Source: Dehalococcoidia bacterium (GTDB taxonomy: Bacteria; Chloroflexota; Dehalococcoidia; Lucifugimonadales; UBA2962). From it: a stretch of DNA of 64,000 nt. Under the pieces are notes generated by a model. That model ran no database searches and had not been told where the DNA came from. It was given only the letters and a program-made list of their open reading frames with translations. Each line of letters starts with the position of its first letter. Within the stretch, counting starts at the first letter, position 1. Both the position numbers and the translations under genes were made by a program. Of the stretch, positions 19,316 to 29,310 are shown in pieces. The stretch is taken from contig OZ220697.1 of assembly GCA_965116605.1 (NCBI GenBank), positions 1,233,427 to 1,297,426 of the forward strand. Direction: 5' to 3'.

Positions 19316-20557
19316 CTACGTGCTCGCGACCTGAAAGACCAGGGAGCTATTGTGACCGCCGAACCCAAACGAGTTGCTGATCGCCGTAGCTACATCCACG
19401 CGCTTGGCCTTGTGCGGGGTATAGTCGAGGTCACAGTCGGGGTCGGGGTAGTCCAGATTTATGGTTGGGGGTATGACGCCCTCGGCGATGGCCTGCACGC
19501 AGAATGCCGCCTCAAGCGCGCCGGAGGCACCGAGAAGATGTCCCGTCATGGACTTCGTAGAGCTTATGGGAACTCGGTAGGCATCCTCACCGAACACCGC
19601 CCTCATGGCCATGGTCTCGTACTTGTCATTTAGCGGCGTCGAGGTGCCATGGGCGTTTATATAGTCAATGTCATCGGGCTTGAGGCCGGCTACTTCCAGT
19701 GCCCTCCTCATTGCCCTGGCGCCGCCCTCGCCTTCGGGCGCCGGTTGTGTAACGTGGTATGCGTCGGCACTTGAGCCGTATCCCACCAGCTCGGCGAGGG
19801 GCTCTGCACCCCGGCTCTCCATGCTTTCCATAGTCTCAAGCACCAATACCGCCGCTCCCTCACCGCAGACGAAACCGTCACGCTCGGCGTCGAAGGGACG
19901 GGAGGCCGCCCGCGGGTCGTCGTTGCGCGTCGACAGCGCATGGCAGGCATTGAAGCCGGCGATCCCGATCGGGCATATGGACGCCTCAGATCCGCCGGCC
20001 AGGATCATGTCCAGCTGATCGCCCTGCAGCATATCGAAGGCTGCACCTATCGAGTCTGCTCCGCTCGCACAGGCTGAGACTGTGGCAATGCTGGGGCCCT
20101 TTACACCCAGATGCATGGAAACCTGCCCAGAGGCCATGTCCGGGAGCATCATGGGCACGAAAAACGGGGAAACTCGATTGGGGCCCTTGCCGTTAAGGAT
20201 CTCCAACTGTTCGGAGATCGTGATTATGCCCCCGATACCGGACGCGATCATTACCCCGGTGCGCTCCGCGTTCCCGTTGTCTATAGATAAGCTGGCGTCA
20301 TCGGCGGCCTGAATCGCCGCGCCAAGGGCAAATTGGACGAACCTGTCAATCCGCCTTGCCTGTTTGCGGTCCACGAAGTCGGTGGGCTCAAACCGCTTGA
20401 CCTCGGCCGCTATCGTGGTCTTGTACCCTTCGGGGTCGAACGCGGTGATAGTTGCGATCCCCGATTCCCCCGCCACCAGTGACTTCCAGGTGGTCTTAGC
20501 ATCCAAGCCCAGAGGGCTTACCACCCCTAATCCCGTGACGAAAACGCGGTTTGCCAT
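19316..20557 (-). CDS. fabF: beta-ketoacyl-ACP synthase II
   Basis: 413 aa. RVFVTGLG start, active-site VSACASG, HGTSTPLND and NSFGFGGHN. Confidence 0.95.
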   Translation of the reverse strand: MANRVFVTGLGVVSPLGLDAKTTWKSLVAGESGIATITAFDPEGYKTTIAAEVKRFEPTDFVDRKQARRIDRFVQFALGAAIQAADDASLSIDNGNAERTGVMIASGIGGIITISEQLEILNGKGPNRVSPFFVPMMLPDMASGQVSMHLGVKGPSIATVSACASGADSIGAAFDMLQGDQLDMILAGGSEASICPIGIAGFNACHALSTRNDDPRAASRPFDAERDGFVCGEGAAVLVLETMESMESRGAEPLAELVGYGSSADAYHVTQPAPEGEGGARAMRRALEVAGLKPDDIDYINAHGTSTPLNDKYETMAMRAVFGEDAYRVPISSTKSMTGHLLGASGALEAAFCVQAIAEGVIPPTINLDYPDPDCDLDYTPHKAKRVDVATAISNSFGFGGHNSSLVFQVAST

Positions 20558-20756
20558 ACGGAAGCGATCTCCTGCGATTTAGGCGGGGGCCTTGACCGCC
20601 TGGGCCGGTCCGCCTGAACAAAGTCTTAGAAAAGTCCAGGTGGGTGAGATCCTGCATGATTATATCAGTCACACAGGCCGGTGGTCATACACACTTGGCT
20701 ATAATCGGATGCTGCGCAAACCTCATCACGAGGGAGCGGTTTCGAGGGTGCCATCC

Positions 20757-22070
20757 ATGCTAGTGCGTCGCCCGTCGGTCGCAATAGAGACCCACGGCTG
20801 CAAGCTAAACCAAGCGGACACCGCGACGTTGGCCGCCCGGTTCAGGTCGGCCGGCTTCGACCTGGTGCCAACCGACCAGCCAGCCGACGTGTATCTGGTC
20901 AACTCTTGTACGGTGACCCACACGGCCGACCGCAAGGCCAGACATTCATTGAGGTTGGCACGGCGGCGCAATCCCGGGGCAATGATCGTGGCCACCGGCT
21001 GCTACGCAGAGCGTGACCCGGCCACACTGAACCGACTCAACGAGGTGGATCTGGTTGCCGGAAATGGCGACAAGGTGCGGCTGGTAGCAGATGTGCTGGC
21101 CCTGCGAGGCCAGGAGGCCTCAACCTGTGGTGCCGGGTCCGACGAAATCCCGCTGTCACCGAGAACCCTGAGGACGCGGGCATTCGTAAAGATACAAGAA
21201 GGCTGCGATCAGGTCTGTGCCTACTGCATAGTCCCAAAGGTGCGGGGCCGGGAGCGCAGCATACCGGCAGCATTGATCGTCTCACAGATCCGACAGCTGG
21301 AGGATGTCGGATACCGCGAGGTAGTGCTCACAGGGACTCAACTCGGTACCTACGGATTCGACCTTCGGCCGCTAGAAGGCCCCACGACCTTGACAAGCCT
21401 CCTCGACGAGATTTTGGAGGGGACCGGGATAGATCGGATAAGGGTCTCGTCGCTGCAACCCCAAGAGATCGACGACTCGCTGATCAGGCTCTGGTCAAAC
21501 AACCGGCTATGTCCACACTTTCATTTGCCATTGCAGTCTGGCAGTGACTCGGTCCTCAAGCGAATGCGTAGGAGATACACGGCGGCACAGTACGCGCGAG
21601 CGGTGGAGATCATCAACGAGCGAGTGCCGCAGGCAGGCCTGACGGCCGACGTAATCGCGGGATTCCCAGGCGAGACTTCGTCGGATCACGCCGAGACCTG
21701 TCGTTTGATTAATGCGGGCGGATTCTCAGGGTTGCACGTGTTCCGTTTCTCCAAACGACCGGGCACAACGGCCTTCCATCTGGGAGACGATGTCTCGGCA
21801 GTTGAAAAATCGGAGCGCGCCGACGAACTGATCAGGCTCGGCGACCGAGCTGCGGCCAACTTCAGGGAAAGCCTGCTAGGAACTACTCGGCCAGTACTTT
21901 GGGAGGAACGCAGGAACGGTGCTTGGACGGGTCTTACGGATAACTACGTCAGGGTCCTTGCTGACTCGAACCAGGACCTGTTCAACACGATAGGTACCGC
22001 CACGTTGTTGGCCCGCGCCGGCAAGCTTGTCAGCGCGAGGGTAGACTCGGTGGAGTCGCCTTTGACCTGA
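20757..22070 (+). CDS. mtaB: radical-SAM tRNA methylthiotransferase, MtaB-like
   Basis: Track ORF starts at 20592; I prefer the ATG at 20757 (MLVRRPSVAIETHGCKLNQAD). Has a CDQVCAYCIVP radical-SAM cluster and a C-terminal TRAM-like tail. The MtaB versus MiaB/RimO choice rests on the N-terminal GCKLNQ pattern only. Confidence 0.8.
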   Translation: MLVRRPSVAIETHGCKLNQADTATLAARFRSAGFDLVPTDQPADVYLVNSCTVTHTADRKARHSLRLARRRNPGAMIVATGCYAERDPATLNRLNEVDLVAGNGDKVRLVADVLALRGQEASTCGAGSDEIPLSPRTLRTRAFVKIQEGCDQVCAYCIVPKVRGRERSIPAALIVSQIRQLEDVGYREVVLTGTQLGTYGFDLRPLEGPTTLTSLLDEILEGTGIDRIRVSSLQPQEIDDSLIRLWSNNRLCPHFHLPLQSGSDSVLKRMRRRYTAAQYARAVEIINERVPQAGLTADVIAGFPGETSSDHAETCRLINAGGFSGLHVFRFSKRPGTTAFHLGDDVSAVEKSERADELIRLGDRAAANFRESLLGTTRPVLWEERRNGAWTGLTDNYVRVLADSNQDLFNTIGTATLLARAGKLVSARVDSVESPLT

Positions 22071-22089
22071 TGGGCGACTCTCCGGAGGC

Positions 22090-22911
22090 CTACAGATCTA
22101 CGGGCCGAAGTCCGTATCGGCCAGCCCGGTGTTCGACATAGCCTGCATGTTGGCCAAGAGCCTGTCCAAAAACGATCATCCAGCCCTTTTCCGTGGCCAT
22201 CGATAGGAGCTCTTGCTTGCCGGCCAGCGTGTCGTTAGGAGAGTCATCGAAGGCCGCTATACAGCGGGGAGTCAGGTGAAGTGGGGTGGGTATGAGGTCC
22301 CCTGCGAAGGCTATCCTCTCGCTTCCCGATTCGATAAGCGCCACTTGGTGGCCAGGCCTAGGCCCGTCGGTGGACTTGACGGCCACCCCTGGGGCCAACT
22401 CCGCGTATCCGTTTACGGCCTCAACCATGTCAGCCTGCTCGAGTGGCAGAAGATCTTCCTCGTTGTAGAAGGGGGCCGAACGCTCACCCGGGCTACGCGC
22501 ATCCTCCAGGGCTGACTCCTGAACCACGTATGTCGCTCTCGGGAAAGTGGGCAGTATCCTTCCCGTGCGGTCCAGCTTGGTGCACCCGCCGGCCCTATCA
22601 AACCGCAGGTTTGTCAAAACTACCTTGTCAATGTCACGGGCGGTGAGTCCCTGAGCCTTAAGGCCTCGTACGAGCTTATTGCCGCTGAGACCGAAGTCCT
22701 CCTTGAGCGAATCCAGTCGCTTGGAGCCTGCCCCGGTATCGATCAGAATGTTCTGGTCACCGGCGCGTACGAGGAGGCAATTGAGGGAAAGCCTGACGCG
22801 ATTGCGCCGGTCCGGTTTTAGATAGCTCTCCCACTGCACCTTGGGAACGGGCCCGAACACGCCTCCCCCGTCCATCAAGAGGGTGCCGTCACTGATGACG
22901 TTCACTGACAA
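22090..22911 (-). CDS. MBL-fold protein with degenerate metal-binding motif
   Basis: Overall MBL-fold hydrolase block order (ILIDTGAGS ... VVLTNLRFDRAGG ... GPRPGH ... FAGDL). The HxHxDH box reads NLRFDR. Confidence 0.75.
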   Translation of the reverse strand: MSVNVISDGTLLMDGGGVFGPVPKVQWESYLKPDRRNRVRLSLNCLLVRAGDQNILIDTGAGSKRLDSLKEDFGLSGNKLVRGLKAQGLTARDIDKVVLTNLRFDRAGGCTKLDRTGRILPTFPRATYVVQESALEDARSPGERSAPFYNEEDLLPLEQADMVEAVNGYAELAPGVAVKSTDGPRPGHQVALIESGSERIAFAGDLIPTPLHLTPRCIAAFDDSPNDTLAGKQELLSMATEKGWMIVFGQALGQHAGYVEHRAGRYGLRPVDL

Positions 22912-22955
22912 GGTGCGATCGAGACTCGCTAACTCGCTAGGCGGTGCAAGGCAGT

Positions 22956-24242
22956 TCAGTCAGACAGCTCATCCACCGCCGACTCGATGGCTTCCACCGT
23001 CATCTCCACATCAGACTCGTCGTGGGCCGTCGACAGGTAGAACTTGCTGTCACCCTTAAAGACTCCTCGCTCGCGAAGCAGGCGATTGAATCTCCCGAGC
23101 CTTTCCTTGTCGGACAGCAGGGTGGATCTGTAGTCCACAATGTCATGTTCAGAGAAGAACACATCAAAGAGAACGCCCTCTCCTACGACCCGGGCGGGAA
23201 TCTCCGCCCGGTCGAGACTGTCCTGGAGCGCCGCCTTGATCGCACCTCCAACACTGTGCATTCGCTCGTAGGTACCGGGGCGCCTGAGTATCTCGACCGT
23301 GGCCAGACCAGCTACTGCCGCGATCGGGTTACCGCTCAACGTGCCGATCTGTGGCATCCATTCTTCGGGGCTAACGGCCGAAGCATCAAAGTGCGCCATT
23401 ATCTCCTCTCGCCCCCCCACGGCGGTAAGCGGAAATCCTCCCGCTACCGCCTTGCCCAGGGAGCACAGATCAGGTACGACTCCGTAGAACTCCTGCGCAC
23501 CGCCGTATGCGAACCGAAATGAGGTGACTACCTCGTCGAAGATCAGGGGGATCTCGTACCTTTCGGTCACCTCCCGCAGGCCCTCCAGGAAACCCGGCCG
23601 CGGGGGCAGCAAGCGTTGGAACGGCTCAACTATCACTCCCCCCAGTTCGTCGTGGTAACGCTCGATGATTGCCGAAGTTGTCTCGATGTCGTTGAAGGGT
23701 GCGATCAGCATCGTCTCGGCCACGGCTGCCGGAATGCCTCCACCGTCCGGTTTCGGGTGAGGGAAGTCCAGAGGGCGGCCCGGCATCATGCTCTGGAGGG
23801 CATAGTCATTCATGCCATGAAAGCCGCCCTCGAACTTCAGGATCTTGTCCCGGTTTCGGAAGGCTCTGGCGGCCCGCATCGCGTACAGCGTAGCCTCCGT
23901 ACCGGTGCTGCAGAACCGAACCTGATCCACGCATGCCATAGCCTCGACTATCGCCTCGGCAAGCAGGATCGCCGCCTCATTGTTGGCGAAGAAGGTCGAT
24001 CCGGACTTCATCTGTTCGCTTACCGCCCTGACCACGTCTGGGTGAGCGTGGCCAGTGATCATCGGTCCGGAACCGAGCAGGTAGTCTATGAATTCGTTGC
24101 CGGACACATCCTTGATCCGACTGCCTCGCCCTTCGGCGATCACCACGTCGCCGGCGAGGTTTCCCAAGGATCCACCCGGAAGGTAGCGCCGGGCCTTTTC
24201 CAGCAGTTCGTTCTCTCTAGCGCTTTTCTTCAGTTTGGGCAA
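22956..24242 (-). CDS. class-III aminotransferase, glutamate-1-semialdehyde aminomutase-like
   Basis: Track ORF runs to 24551 (531 aa), but homology starts at LPKLKKSARENELLEKARRYLPGG. The TTG at 24242-24240 sits 6 nt after GGAGG. Has GSGPMITGHAHP, FDEVVTSFR and LGKAVAGG (PLP Lys). Confidence 0.85.
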   Translation of the reverse strand: MPKLKKSARENELLEKARRYLPGGSLGNLAGDVVIAEGRGSRIKDVSGNEFIDYLLGSGPMITGHAHPDVVRAVSEQMKSGSTFFANNEAAILLAEAIVEAMACVDQVRFCSTGTEATLYAMRAARAFRNRDKILKFEGGFHGMNDYALQSMMPGRPLDFPHPKPDGGGIPAAVAETMLIAPFNDIETTSAIIERYHDELGGVIVEPFQRLLPPRPGFLEGLREVTERYEIPLIFDEVVTSFRFAYGGAQEFYGVVPDLCSLGKAVAGGFPLTAVGGREEIMAHFDASAVSPEEWMPQIGTLSGNPIAAVAGLATVEILRRPGTYERMHSVGGAIKAALQDSLDRAEIPARVVGEGVLFDVFFSEHDIVDYRSTLLSDKERLGRFNRLLRERGVFKGDSKFYLSTAHDESDVEMTVEAIESAVDELSD

Positions 24243-24384
24243 ATGTGGCCTCCACGTGTTTGTAGACCAACCTAGGAGCGAACTGGAGCGGGTCGGACCA
24301 GGCGAGATTATAGCAGAGGGGCAGCCGCCTCCCTCGACCGGGTCGAATATAATTCGGCCGCGCCAATGGGTTCGGGGAGAGACC

Positions 24385-25890
24385 ATGAAAATTACCGTTG
24401 AGACGGGAGACATAACAGCGGCGGATGTGGACGCCGTAGTCGTAAATCTATTTGAGGGTGTGACCTCACCAGGTGGAGCAACCGGGGCGGTTGACCGGAC
24501 CTTGGGGGGTGTCATCACCGACCTGATCGACGTGGGCGAGACCAAAGGCAAGCTGGGTGAGATGACCCTTATTCATACCCTCGGGCGCATGCCCACACCC
24601 AGGGTTCTCGTGGTCGGATTGGGACCGCCCGATGAGTTTGACGCGAACGCCGTACGCTCGATATCGGCTCAAGCCGCCCGATACCTGCGAGCAAGGAACG
24701 TCCGGACCGCCGCGACCATCGCCCACGGTTCCGGCATAGGCGGCCTCGATCCGCACGCGAGCGGCCGGGCAATCGCCGAGGGAACGCTCCTGGGTCTGTA
24801 CCGTTTCGACAAGTACAAGTCGTCTGGCGACCGATCTCCAGAGCTCGACTCCATCTCGATCGTCGAGTTCGATCCCAGCAGGGTCGAAGGGCTTCGTTCC
24901 GGGGTGAGAGAGGGCGAAATCCTCTCCGAGTCAGTAATTCTGTGCCGTGATCTCGTCAACGAGCCAGCCAACCACATGACGCCTTCGGATCTGGCCGAGG
25001 CGGCTCTGGACGTAGCAAAGAGCTCTGATATGGCCCTGGAGGTTCTGGACGAGAGGCAGATGAAAGAACTGGGTATGGGTGCGCTGCTGGGAGTTGCGGC
25101 GGGGAGTAAATTGCCCCCCAGGCTCATTGCCATAACGTACGCAGGCGATCCTGCCAACCCGGACAATAGCCTCGGCCTGCTGGGTAAGGGCATCACGTTC
25201 GATTCGGGGGGCATTTCACTCAAGCCCGCCACCCGGATGGGGGAGATGAAGGGAGACATGGCAGGCGCGGCGTCCGTCATCTCGGCGATGAAGGCGATTG
25301 GGGCACTGGGTCCCAAGCTAAACGTCACCGGCCTGGCGGCCGCGACTGAGAATATGCCCGGTGGAGCGGCGCAGCGGCCCGGAGATGTGGTCACGGCCAT
25401 GAATGGCAAGACCATAGAGATTGACAACACTGATGCTGAGGGCAGGCTTGTTCTGGCAGACGCCGCCTGCTACGCCGTGAGTCTTGGAATAAAACGCATA
25501 GTGGACGTGGCCACCCTGACGGGCGCGATGGAGGTGGCCCTCGGCAAGGTGGCCACCGGAGCATTTGGCAACGACCGCTCCCTTATGGACGCCGTCCTCT
25601 CCGCAGGCAAAGAGTCCGGGGAGAAGATATGGGAAATGCCAACCTTTGATGAGTATCGGGAGCAATACGAAAGCGACGTCGCGGACCTAAAGAACGTCGG
25701 AGGGCGTCCTGCCGGTTCCATCACGGGTGCCATGTTCATCGGCGAGTTTGTCGGGGATGCGGCTTGGGTGCATCTGGACATAGCTGGCACCGTAAGGAGC
25801 TCAAGGGTGAAGGGCTGGACTACCAAGGGAGCCACTGGCGTCCCGGTTCGCACCCTCGTTCACCTGGCGCTGTCCCTTGCCGCAAGGTGA
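24385..25890 (+). CDS. pepA: leucyl aminopeptidase (M17)
   Basis: The ATG at 24385 (MKITVETGD) follows GGGGAGAG. Has GKGITFDSGGISLKP, NTDAEGRL and HLDIAGT blocks. Confidence 0.9.
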   Translation: MKITVETGDITAADVDAVVVNLFEGVTSPGGATGAVDRTLGGVITDLIDVGETKGKLGEMTLIHTLGRMPTPRVLVVGLGPPDEFDANAVRSISAQAARYLRARNVRTAATIAHGSGIGGLDPHASGRAIAEGTLLGLYRFDKYKSSGDRSPELDSISIVEFDPSRVEGLRSGVREGEILSESVILCRDLVNEPANHMTPSDLAEAALDVAKSSDMALEVLDERQMKELGMGALLGVAAGSKLPPRLIAITYAGDPANPDNSLGLLGKGITFDSGGISLKPATRMGEMKGDMAGAASVISAMKAIGALGPKLNVTGLAAATENMPGGAAQRPGDVVTAMNGKTIEIDNTDAEGRLVLADAACYAVSLGIKRIVDVATLTGAMEVALGKVATGAFGNDRSLMDAVLSAGKESGEKIWEMPTFDEYREQYESDVADLKNVGGRPAGSITGAMFIGEFVGDAAWVHLDIAGTVRSSRVKGWTTKGATGVPVRTLVHLALSLAAR

Positions 25891-25936
25891 CGCGATTCCA
25901 CTCCTCAGGTGCTAACCTAGAAAGACAACGTCTCGC

Positions 25937-26014
25937 GGTGGACGTGGCCAAGTTGGTTAAGGCGCCAGGTTGTGGCCCTGGAGATCGTGGGTTCAAATCC
26001 CATCGTCCACCCCA
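25937..26014 (+). tRNA. tRNA-His (GTG), with encoded G-1 and encoded CCA
   Basis: Hand-folded. G-1 plus acceptor GTGGACG/CGTCCAC, discriminator C73, anticodon stem CCAGG/CCTGG with loop TTGTGGC (anticodon GTG), T-loop TTCAAAT, and a 3' CCA. Confidence 0.9.
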
Positions 26015-26033
26015 TACCGTGTAAACGCTTCGT

Positions 26034-26106
26034 GCGCCCGTAGCTCAACGGACAGAGCGCTTGGCTTCGGACCAAGAGGTTGGGGGTTCGAATCCCTTCG
26101 GGCGTG
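26034..26106 (+). tRNA. tRNA-Arg (TCG), CCA not encoded
   Basis: Hand-folded. Acceptor GCGCCCG/CGGGCGT (G1-U72), D arm GCTCAACGGACAGAGC, anticodon stem CTTGG/CCAAG with loop CTTCGGA (anticodon TCG), and T-loop TTCGAAT. Confidence 0.85.
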
Positions 26107-26233
26107 CCCGCGGCTAGCGCTAGGGGCAGACGTCCCCAATTCTCGAAAGACCTCATCGCGGCGCAACAGGGGTCATCAGACGTTGATGCTCCTCAACAGA
26201 AGGTCGACCTATCTTGGTCGGGGTCCAGCCCTT

Positions 26234-27139
26234 CTACAGGAGCGAGATCGACGCGACTCCGGCGACGATCATTGCGATTGCTGCCCCCCTATGTGCTAGA
26301 GATACGCGGTCCAAGGGTTCGGACAGTACCTTCAGCATCCCAAGGCTTAGAACGATCCCGAAGAGGAACACAAACATCGGCCGCGAGGCCATGACTGTGG
26401 TAGCTAGAGACACAGGACCCAACTCGATCGCAAGCGTGGTCAGGTACATCGAGGCGAACGCCAGCCCGGCCTCTGTGAATATGAATAGCAACAGCCCATT
26501 GGTGTTGCGGATCAGCATTCCGAGCTGCGGAATAACGCTCGGACGCCAGGCCAATGCAACCATTGCCCCGGCCAGCGTCACGCTCCGAACGGTGTAGAGA
26601 TTCCACAGGGACATGCCCCCATCAAGGGCCAATTTCGACAGGATCGCTCCGAGGGCGTAGAGGCCGCTGGCGGCCAGCACCAAGAAAAACCATCCCCCCA
26701 GAACCGGAGGCCCTCCCGACCTTCGCCGGCGCAGCGAAATGAGTGCCGCCCCGGTCACGGTGACGACGATCGCCAGCCAGTGCCAGGCTGTCAGTCTTTC
26801 GGCCAAGAGGCCAACGGCCATGATCGCGACGAACACGGGAGCCGTCTGATACACGGCCGTCACCAGAGAGGCATCCTGCCGTCGAAGAGTCCAGAACATC
26901 AAAACGAGCGACATGCCGAAGGCTGCGCCCGAGCCCAGAGCCGCCAGCCACAGAGTGATTGGGTAGCCCGGAAAGGCTACGAAGGCTAGGGGCACCAGGG
27001 CGCCAGGCAGTTGCATGAGGCCGGCGAAGAAAATGAAAACCCAGGCCGAAGCGACGTACCTGCCGAGAATTATCTTGTCGAGGATTGTGACGGCGGCGAA
27101 CCCGATAGCGGCACCGAGGCTGGCCAAGACCCAATCCAT
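26234..27139 (-). CDS. EamA/DMT-family transporter
   Basis: About 10 hydrophobic helices with two EamA-like halves. The ATG at 27139 (MDWVLASLGAAIGFAAV) is preferred over the track start at 27262. Confidence 0.8.
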   Translation of the reverse strand: MDWVLASLGAAIGFAAVTILDKIILGRYVASAWVFIFFAGLMQLPGALVPLAFVAFPGYPITLWLAALGSGAAFGMSLVLMFWTLRRQDASLVTAVYQTAPVFVAIMAVGLLAERLTAWHWLAIVVTVTGAALISLRRRRSGGPPVLGGWFFLVLAASGLYALGAILSKLALDGGMSLWNLYTVRSVTLAGAMVALAWRPSVIPQLGMLIRNTNGLLLFIFTEAGLAFASMYLTTLAIELGPVSLATTVMASRPMFVFLFGIVLSLGMLKVLSEPLDRVSLAHRGAAIAMIVAGVASISLL

Positions 27140-27281
27140 AGCGGGGCAAGAGTATAGAGACGCCGCTCGGCGCACTAGGCCCTGCAGTCCCGACTTTCGA
27201 TCTGTTGTGGGGTTGCGGACAGGTGGCAAAATGCAATCTGTCACGCCGACACGGAGCATCACAGGGAGGTGAGGGCACGAG

Positions 27282-27605
27282 ATGTATGTAATAAGAAGGG
27301 TCTATCAAGTGAAGCCGGGGATGGCACGCCGGTACGCCACTGTGTTGCGCCGGGTAGCGGACGCCTACGAGGCTTCAGGCCAGCGCTCAACAACCCAGAT
27401 CTACTACAACGACGCCATGGTGCCGGGTGACACCCACCGGGTGTACATCCAATGGGTGACCGACGTGATCGAATCCCAGTTCAGGGAAGGTAACGTGGTT
27501 CCTGCCGCCGTAACCGAGGCCGCACTACCCGGTGACCACATGGTGCTCGACACCTGGATAGAGTTCTACGAATTGATGACCCCATCCAAGATGGTCCAAG
27601 ACTAG
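27282..27605 (+). CDS. hypothetical small protein (possible ferredoxin-like/NIPSNAP-like fold)
   Basis: 107-aa ORF with no competing ORF. The start MYVIRRVYQVKPGMARRY resembles NIPSNAP/ABM-type small proteins. Weak call. Confidence 0.45.
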   Translation: MYVIRRVYQVKPGMARRYATVLRRVADAYEASGQRSTTQIYYNDAMVPGDTHRVYIQWVTDVIESQFREGNVVPAAVTEAALPGDHMVLDTWIEFYELMTPSKMVQD

Positions 27606-27620
27606 GTCGCTAGCGCCTGT

Positions 27621-28208
27621 CTACCTGGTGCTCTTCCTAAAGGTAGCGACCCAGGCACGTGCGCCTTGCTCGTGTATAGCGGTCTCGTAGACACCTGCCC
27701 TAATGTGCGGGTCTTCCCATCCCCATGCGAAAGAACCCTTGAGTTCTGCCTGAGTGACCCTCGCCGGTCCCTCCTGTCCGGGCTGCTCCTCGCTCCAGAC
27801 GATAATGTGTACCAGTCCTCCAGGACGGACCACCCTACGCAGGCACTGCTCATATCTGGTCTTCCCAGCCTCATCGAAGACGTGATAGAGCCCGGAGTCC
27901 AGGACCGTATCGAATGTTTCCACGGGAAAAGGAAGGCTCCTAGCGTCACAAACAGCGAATTCAACTGTCTGGCCCCGGGCCGAAGCCTTGCGCCTTGCGA
28001 TCTGAACTGCTCTAGGCGCCAGATCGGCGCCAATGACCGTAAGGCCGACTTTCGCCAGGTAGATAGCGTTCTCGCCGGTTCCACAGCCAGCGTCGAGCAC
28101 CACGCCACCAATCCCCCCGACCCTGGACAGTGTCACAACCTCGGGTTGGGGTCTGCCGGTCTCCCACAGGGCCGTACCTTCGGCATACGCGTCCTGGAAA
28201 AAGTTCAA
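27621..28208 (-). CDS. class I SAM-dependent methyltransferase
   Basis: VLDAGCGTGENAIYLA motif I and DTVLDSGLYH motif. Confidence 0.85.
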   Translation of the reverse strand: MNFFQDAYAEGTALWETGRPQPEVVTLSRVGGIGGVVLDAGCGTGENAIYLAKVGLTVIGADLAPRAVQIARRKASARGQTVEFAVCDARSLPFPVETFDTVLDSGLYHVFDEAGKTRYEQCLRRVVRPGGLVHIIVWSEEQPGQEGPARVTQAELKGSFAWGWEDPHIRAGVYETAIHEQGARAWVATFRKSTR

Positions 28209-28239
28209 CTGAATCTACACTAAACACAAAATGATGCCC

Positions 28240-29310
28240 CTAGCCGCCAACCGGCTCGCGGAAGGGCAGGGCGGACGCCGGATTGTCTACGAGAATCGCT
28301 TTGATCTGGCTTTCGGTGAAACCGCGAAATCTCATCCTGGGCACGATGCGCGACAACAAATAGAAGTAGCCGTGGCCTCCGTACTTGAGCAACCGGTCCT
28401 TAGTGCATATGTCATGCGCGACGACCACTCGGTCCCCGTAACCCTGCTCGATAGTCCAGGCGATATCTTCGATGCGCTGGCCGTCATGGGGCATGTCGAT
28501 GGCAGGGTTAGCCCAATAGTAGTGCTGCTCGCGACCGAACAGATCCCACTCAAGATAGACGCCGCTTTCGGCGAGCGACCTAAGTGTCGACTTATCGAAG
28601 ACGGTGCGATCGATGTGGCCAACTATGGTGTGGGTTAGATCGGTGCCGACCTCATCGAGCACCTCCACTATTTCAAGAGGTGCTGTCTCATCGCGGCCGG
28701 GATGTATGAGAAGCGGTGCACCGGTGGCCGCCTGGGCTCGGCCTGCGGCACGCAGGACCTTGCGCTCATTGTCTGTCAGGGGCCATGAGCAGCCGATTTC
28801 TCCAATCAGTCCGGCCTTTATTCCCGTCTCGTCCACGCCCTCTGAAAGGTCCCGGAATATCTCCTCGACTATGTCGTCTTCTTGGCGCGATGTCATGTCC
28901 TTGGGATGCGCTACATCTACGTAGTGGCCAGCTCCCATCACGATATTCAGGCCCGTAGCATGGGAGACGGCAGATAGATTGATCGGGTCACGTCCGATGT
29001 CCGGGTTAGTTGCATCGACCAGTGTTCCTCCACCCCGACGCTTGTAGTGGGCTGCTTCCGCTATCGCCACGTCCAGGTCTGACAGCCTGCCCGTGTCGCG
29101 ATTTGGCACGAAGTGGTGTCTTACGAGCCCAACGTTATCCATCGAGAGCGGCTCGTCGTAAATGTCGTGCCATCCCGCTCCGACCGGTCTGGCGGGAAGG
29201 ACTCCGGTCAGGTCTATAAACAGGTGCTCGTGCGTCAGGGTAACGCCCAGCGATTCGGGATCTATGGGCCCTAGCACGGTCTGGACTTTTCCTACCGGAA
29301 AGCTAGTCAT
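28240..29310 (-). CDS. phosphotriesterase-related (PTER/PHP) amidohydrolase-fold protein
   Basis: LGVTLTHEHLFIDL (HxH), IGEIG, LLIHPG and VGHID blocks typical of the aryldialkylphosphatase family. Confidence 0.85.
   Translation of the reverse strand: MTSFPVGKVQTVLGPIDPESLGVTLTHEHLFIDLTGVLPARPVGAGWHDIYDEPLSMDNVGLVRHHFVPNRDTGRLSDLDVAIAEAAHYKRRGGGTLVDATNPDIGRDPINLSAVSHATGLNIVMGAGHYVDVAHPKDMTSRQEDDIVEEIFRDLSEGVDETGIKAGLIGEIGCSWPLTDNERKVLRAAGRAQAATGAPLLIHPGRDETAPLEIVEVLDEVGTDLTHTIVGHIDRTVFDKSTLRSLAESGVYLEWDLFGREQHYYWANPAIDMPHDGQRIEDIAWTIEQGYGDRVVVAHDICTKDRLLKYGGHGYFYLLSRIVPRMRFRGFTESQIKAILVDNPASALPFREPVGG

Noticed and set aside
24243-24551. N-terminal ~100 aa of the 531-aa track ORF for the GSA-like aminotransferase
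   Set aside because: The sequence is low-complexity (Pro/Ser/Thr/Val) and lies upstream of where homology starts. A TTG with a well-spaced GGAGG sits at 24242. The region also overlaps the pepA upstream region.
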